The translations under genes were made by a program, and so were the position numbers. Source: Actinomycetes bacterium (GTDB lineage: Bacteria > Actinomycetota > Geothermincolia > Geothermincolales > JAHEXQ01). Taken from it: a DNA stretch of 48,596 nucleotides. Positions 44,565 through 48,596 of the stretch are shown here, piece by piece. Numbering within the stretch: position 1 is the first letter of the stretch; each line of letters opens with the position of its first letter. Where the stretch lies: positions 1 to 48,596 of the forward strand of contig JAHEXQ010000001.1 of the NCBI GenBank assembly GCA_023252035.1, written 5' to 3'. The notes below the pieces were generated by a model. That model was not told the DNA's origin, searched no databases, and worked only from the letters and a program-made list of their open reading frames with translations.

Positions 44565-44593
44565 AAAGGCAACCTCGGGACGAGGTTGCCTTT
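44565..44593 (-). terminator. terminator hairpin downstream of thiolase
   Basis: AAAGGCAACCTC-gggac-GAGGTTGCCTTT lies 22 nt after the stop codon. The A/T-flanked stem could act in both directions. Confidence 0.5.
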
Positions 44594-44614
44594 GCAGAAA
44601 TTGTTCGAAGGGTA

Positions 44615-45808
44615 TTATGCCTTCTCCAGGATTACGGTGCCGCCCTGGCCGCCGCCGCCGCACATGGTGGCCAGGCCGTACTTGCCGCCCTTCTCCTGCA
44701 GGATGCGGGCGAGCGTTCCCGTGATGCGGGGCCCCGAGGCGGCCAGGGGGTGCCCGATAGCCACGGCTCCGCCGTGCACGTTCACCTTTTCCGCCGGGAC
44801 GTTGAACTCCTTCATGGCGTAGAGCGACACCACGGCGAAGGCCTCGTTTATCTCCCAGAAGTCTATCTCGCCGGCCGCGAGACCCGCCTTATCCAGCGCC
44901 ATCTTGGACGAGGGTACCGGGCCTGCTCCCATGATGGTGGGATCGACGCCCGCCCAGCCCATGCCGACCACCTTGGCCAGCGGCTTCACGCCCAGGGCCT
45001 TGGCCTTCTCCGCACTGACGATGAGCAGCGCCACCGTTCCGGCGTTCAGGGGCGAGGAGTTGCCCGCGGTGATGACGCCGTCTCCCTTGAAGGGCGGCTG
45101 CAGTTCGGCCATGCCCTCCAGGGTGCTGTCGCCGCGCACTGAAAGGTCCTTGTCGATGACCTTCTTGGCCCCATCCACCTCGACCTCGACCGGCACGATC
45201 TCGTCCTTGAAGTAACCGTCCTCCTGCGCCTTCGCCGCCTTCAGATGGCTGCCCAGCGAGAACTCGTCCATCTCCTGGCGGGTGATGCCGGACATGGCCG
45301 CCAGCTTCTCGGCGGTGAGGCCCATGTTCAGGGCGGTCATGATGTCTATCTCCTTGAAGCGCTCCTCGGTGAAGAACTTCGGGTTGATCATCATGAGGTC
45401 CGTATTGATGGACGGGTCCAGGGGCAGATGGGTCATATGCTCCATGCCGCAGCAGATGACCGCGTCCGAGTAGTCCAGCATGATCTCCATGGATCCCTGC
45501 TGCACCGCCGACATGCCCGAGATGCACTGGCGGTCCGCGCCGGCGGAGGCCACGCTGAAGGGCAGTCCCGCGAGCAGCGCCACCGTCTTCCCGCCCAGTA
45601 GCCACTGCTCCTTCATCTGCATGGCGCAGCCGATGATGAGATCGGAGATCTCCTCGCCCTTCAGCTTGTTGCGCTCGAGGAGCATGTTGATGAGACGGGC
45701 GAGCGCCTCATCCATCCTCAGGTTGTTGAAGACGTCCCGCTCCGGCTGCCGTGGCCGCGACCGCGAGAAAGGGGTCCTCAGGATATCGACGATTACCGGT
45801 TCAGCCAT
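44615..45808 (-). CDS. thiolase (acetyl-CoA C-acyltransferase family)
   Basis: The active-site Cys context is RQCISGMSAV. The C-terminal motifs are [17 protein letters not shown] and [10 protein letters not shown]. The ATG at 45808 (MAEPVIV) lies 6 nt after GGAGG. Confidence 0.92.
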   Translation of the reverse strand: MAEPVIVDILRTPFSRSRPRQPERDVFNNLRMDEALARLINMLLERNKLKGEEISDLIIGCAMQMKEQWLLGGKTVALLAGLPFSVASAGADRQCISGMSAVQQGSMEIMLDYSDAVICCGMEHMTHLPLDPSINTDLMMINPKFFTEERFKEIDIMTALNMGLTAEKLAAMSGITRQEMDEFSLGSHLKAAKAQEDGYFKDEIVPVEVEVDGAKKVIDKDLSVRGDSTLEGMAELQPPFKGDGVITAGNSSPLNAGTVALLIVSAEKAKALGVKPLAKVVGMGWAGVDPTIMGAGPVPSSKMALDKAGLAAGEIDFWEINEAFAVVSLYAMKEFNVPAEKVNVHGGAVAIGHPLAASGPRITGTLARILQEKGGKYGLATMCGGGGQGGTVILEKA

Positions 45809-45967
45809 TCTTGACCTCCTAAAGCTCCGATGCATTTACCTAAAAACAATCGCTTGCGTTCCAAAGGGTCAAATCCCTTTGGAACATCGATGATCTCCCC
45901 CCTAAAAAGTGACCTCAGGTAAACGAGAGGGTCAGATGCTTTCGTTTACCCACACAACAGCAGCTCT

Positions 45968-46936
45968 CTACAGCTTCCCCCTGTCCACACGGTCCCGCCA
46001 GTAGTCGAGCAGGTCCTGAAGCGTCTTCTCCAGCGGTATCTCCGTCTTCCAGCCGGTCTGCGCATGGAACTTGGTGTTGTCTGACAGGAGTATCAACACG
46101 TCGGAGGGGCGCATGCGCTCCGGCACCGGCATCACTTCGATGCGGTCGTCGGTCATGGAGAGCAGCATGTCCAGCATTTCCTGGATGGTGACGGCCGAAC
46201 CGGAACCGATGTTATAGACATCGCCCGGCTCGCCCTTCTCCAGCGACAACCAGTAAGCTCGGACCACGTCGCGCGCGTCCGAAAAGTCACGCCTCGCCTC
46301 CAGGTTGCCCACCTCGATGACCGGCTCCTTCAAGCCCTTCTCTATCATGGCTATCTGGCGGGAGAAGTCGCTGGTGACGAAGACCTGCCCGCGTCGCGGT
46401 CCGGTGTGGTTAAAGGCCCGGGTGCGTACGGCGAAGATGCCGTAACTCTGGTTGTACTGCCAGGCCAGGAAATCCTGGGCCACCTTGCTCACCGCGTAGG
46501 GCGACAGCGGCCGCAGGGGATTATCCTCGCCGATGGGCACCTCGTCCTCGAGGACGAGCCCGTACTCTTCGCTGGAGCCGGCCACCTGTATGCGTGTTTC
46601 CAGGCCCAGGTCGCGGATGGCTTCCAGCAGGTTCAACTCCGCCAGGATATTGGTGGTGAGGGTCTCCGAGGGCGCGCTCCAGGAAGCGGGAACGTAGCTC
46701 TGGGCCGCCAGGTGGAAGATGTAATCGGGCCGCACCTGCTCCAGGCACTTGCGCGTGGCAGAGGGATCCCTGAGATCGCAATCGATGAGGTCGATATCGC
46801 CAAGGATACCGTTGATATTGTCCATGCGGGACCGCCAGCGAACCGTCCCGAAGACCTCGACGTCGCCGCGCGCCAGCGCATACTCCGCCAGATGGCTTCC
46901 CACGAATCCCGTTATCCCGGTTATCAATACGCGCAA
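45968..46936 (-). CDS. GDP-mannose 4,6-dehydratase / GDP-6-deoxy-mannose reductase-like SDR
   Basis: ITGITGFVGSHL and SPYAVSKVAQD (YxxxK) are present. RAFNHTGPRRG and the GNLEARRDFSDARD pattern are typical of the Gmd/Rmd group. Confidence 0.8.
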   Translation of the reverse strand: MRVLITGITGFVGSHLAEYALARGDVEVFGTVRWRSRMDNINGILGDIDLIDCDLRDPSATRKCLEQVRPDYIFHLAAQSYVPASWSAPSETLTTNILAELNLLEAIRDLGLETRIQVAGSSEEYGLVLEDEVPIGEDNPLRPLSPYAVSKVAQDFLAWQYNQSYGIFAVRTRAFNHTGPRRGQVFVTSDFSRQIAMIEKGLKEPVIEVGNLEARRDFSDARDVVRAYWLSLEKGEPGDVYNIGSGSAVTIQEMLDMLLSMTDDRIEVMPVPERMRPSDVLILLSDNTKFHAQTGWKTEIPLEKTLQDLLDYWRDRVDRGKL

Positions 46937-46986
46937 TGTGTACCTCCTCGTATCCAGTCAGCCTATGCCGGCCAGGTCTCCCTATT

Positions 46987-48099
46987 CTAGAACTTAACCT
47001 TGCCGGAGCCTATGACCGTATCCGGCCAGACTTTGATGCCCCGTTTCAGATCGTTGTCGTCCTCCACTATCAGTCCCTCGCCCAGCACCGCTGCATCTGC
47101 GACGTGGCAGCGCTTTCCCAGCGTTACGTTGCGCGATAGAAGGCTGGAGCGCACCGCGCTGTCCTCCCCTATCACGCAGCCCTCGTGCAGGACCGAGCCC
47201 TCTATGTGGGCGCCGTGCATGATGCGGCATCCGTCCGCCAGGACCGTATGGCCCATGACGTTGGCATCCGCGGCGATGTGGCAGTCGCGCCCGATCACGG
47301 TGGGCCCGAAGACCATAGCGCTCTCCTCGATGACTGTTCCCTCTCCCACCCACACGGCGGGCTTTATCTCCTCGCCCTTGAAATCGTAGGACAGGCGGCG
47401 GTCGAGGATGTCCAGATGCGCCTGCAGATATTTTTCGGGGGTCCCGATATCCAGCCAGTAAGAGGGAGACGGGAAGCCATAGACGGGCTTGCCCTCCCCC
47501 AGGAGCCTGGGGAAGAGCTGCCGCTCGAAGGAGTGCGGCACGCCCTCCGGCACGAGTTCCAGGACCTCGGGCTCCAGCACATAAGTGCCTGCGTTGATGA
47601 GGTCGGTGATCACCTGGTCCCAACTGGGCTTCTCCAGGAACTCCGTCACGCGCCCCGCGCGGTCCAGGGGCACCAGCCCGTAGGCCGTGGGATCCTCCAC
47701 CCGCGTGAGGGTGAGGGTAGCGACGGCTTTCTTCGCCCGGTGAAACTCGATCAGGTGCTCCAGGTTGAGGTCGGTGAGGATATCCCCGTTAAAGACCAGG
47801 AAAGTCCCCTTGATGTAGCGCTCCACGTTCTTCACGGCCCCGCAGGTGTCCAGGGGGTGTTCCTCGGTCACGTAGATGAGGCGGATGCCCATCCCCGAGC
47901 CGTCCCCGAAATGGGACTCGAAGATGGAGGCGAGATAGCTGGTGGAGAGGATCACCTCTTCCACGCCCGACCGCTTGAGGTGATTAAGCATGTACTCCAG
48001 GAAGGGGCCGTTCATCAGAGGCAGCATGGGCTTGGGGGTGGTCACCGTGAGTGGACGCAGCCTGGTTCCCTGCCCGCCGACCAACATCACCGCCTGCAT
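46987..48099 (-). CDS. nucleotidyltransferase with LbH domain (mannose-1-phosphate guanylyltransferase-like)
   Basis: MQAVMLVGGQGTRLRPLTVTTPKPMLP is present, with C-terminal hexapeptide repeats. It is a paralogue of 26369..27514. Confidence 0.85.
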   Translation of the reverse strand: MQAVMLVGGQGTRLRPLTVTTPKPMLPLMNGPFLEYMLNHLKRSGVEEVILSTSYLASIFESHFGDGSGMGIRLIYVTEEHPLDTCGAVKNVERYIKGTFLVFNGDILTDLNLEHLIEFHRAKKAVATLTLTRVEDPTAYGLVPLDRAGRVTEFLEKPSWDQVITDLINAGTYVLEPEVLELVPEGVPHSFERQLFPRLLGEGKPVYGFPSPSYWLDIGTPEKYLQAHLDILDRRLSYDFKGEEIKPAVWVGEGTVIEESAMVFGPTVIGRDCHIAADANVMGHTVLADGCRIMHGAHIEGSVLHEGCVIGEDSAVRSSLLSRNVTLGKRCHVADAAVLGEGLIVEDDNDLKRGIKVWPDTVIGSGKVKF

Positions 48100-48120
48100 G
48101 CCGTCCTCCTTTGAAAAACT

Positions 48121-48596
48121 CTAAGAAGCGCTCGCTATCCTGGCTCGCCAGTAATCCAAAACGTCTCTCACCGTACGCTCCATGGGTATCGCCGGCTGCC
48201 AGCCGGTAGCCTCCCGCAGCCGGGAATTGTCCCCTCTCAGTTCGGGGATGTCCATGGGGCGCAGCTTGGACGGGTCCGTCTCCACCCGCACCCCGGCTGA
48301 GCTCGCAGATAATATCATATCGAGTATCTCTTGGACAGAATAAGAGCTGCCCGAACAGACGTTGTAGACCTCTCCCGGCTCGCCTTTCGCCGCGGCCAGC
48401 CAGTAGGCCGAGGCCAGGTCGCGCACGTCCGAGAAGTCGCGCCGGGCCTCGAGGTTTCCCACCCGCATGACCGGCTCCCGCAACCCCGTCTCTATCTCGG
48501 CCACCTGCTTGGCGAAGTCCGATACCACGAAAGCCGGGCTCTGCCCGGGACCCGTCTGGTTGAAGGCCCTCGTCCGGATGGTCTTCAGGCCATAGG
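48121..48596 (-). CDS. second Gmd/Rmd-like SDR, 5'-partial (runs off the window end)
   Basis: The frame stays open to 48596 (YGLKTIRTRAFNQTGPGQSPAFVVSDFAKQ...). It aligns with the paralogue 45968..46936, including GNLEARRDFSDVRD. Confidence 0.8.
   Translation of the reverse strand, partial: YGLKTIRTRAFNQTGPGQSPAFVVSDFAKQVAEIETGLREPVMRVGNLEARRDFSDVRDLASAYWLAAAKGEPGEVYNVCSGSSYSVQEILDMILSASSAGVRVETDPSKLRPMDIPELRGDNSRLREATGWQPAIPMERTVRDVLDYWRARIASAS

Overview
This is a high-G+C bacterial chromosome segment, coded almost entirely on the minus strand. The backbone is housekeeping with actinobacterial/Gram-positive-type synteny (taxonomy is my inference only). In order it contains: a tRNA-His/Pro/Gly cluster; rdgB-rph-MBL hydrolase-murI; a CDF-like transporter; ssrA (tmRNA)-smpB; ctpA-ftsX-ftsE; split transketolase; a PHP phosphatase; prfB (classical +1 frameshift)-secA; two membrane HD-GYP paralogues; hpf with a ~450-nt structured leader; a flgM-like gene; comFC; a SAM-cycle/methionine-salvage block (ahcY, mtnA, PNP); mannose/GDP-sugar genes (PGI/PMI, PMM, two nucleotidyltransferases, Gmd/Rmd-like SDRs); and a thiolase. 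Five accessory or unusual layers sit on this backbone. (1) A 2.4-kb IS1-family element has inverted repeats, an 8-bp target duplication and a three-gene passenger operon (small basic protein, Clp-fold SDH-type protease interrupted by one TAG, 71-aa protein). It is inserted exactly on the comFC stop codon. (2) A ~10-kb mosaic island lies between PMM and thiolase. It holds an SNF2 helicase + SWIM protein, an IS21 stump, two HepT/MntA pairs (one doubly inactivated), VapBC and a DUF4143 AAA ATPase. Diverged but still open-reading-frame-like duplicates of the 3' parts of PMM and thiolase mark its internal junctions. (3) A ~165-nt element with a perfect 21-bp terminal stem occurs twice, with three compensatory base-pair changes between the copies. 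(4) A 35-nt hairpin repeat occurs three times. (5) Next to tRNA-Gly there is a tRNA-fragment scar and two decayed methyltransferase genes. No CRISPR array, rRNA gene, integrase or obvious prophage was seen. All calls come from reading the sequence and the ORF track by eye; no searches were run.
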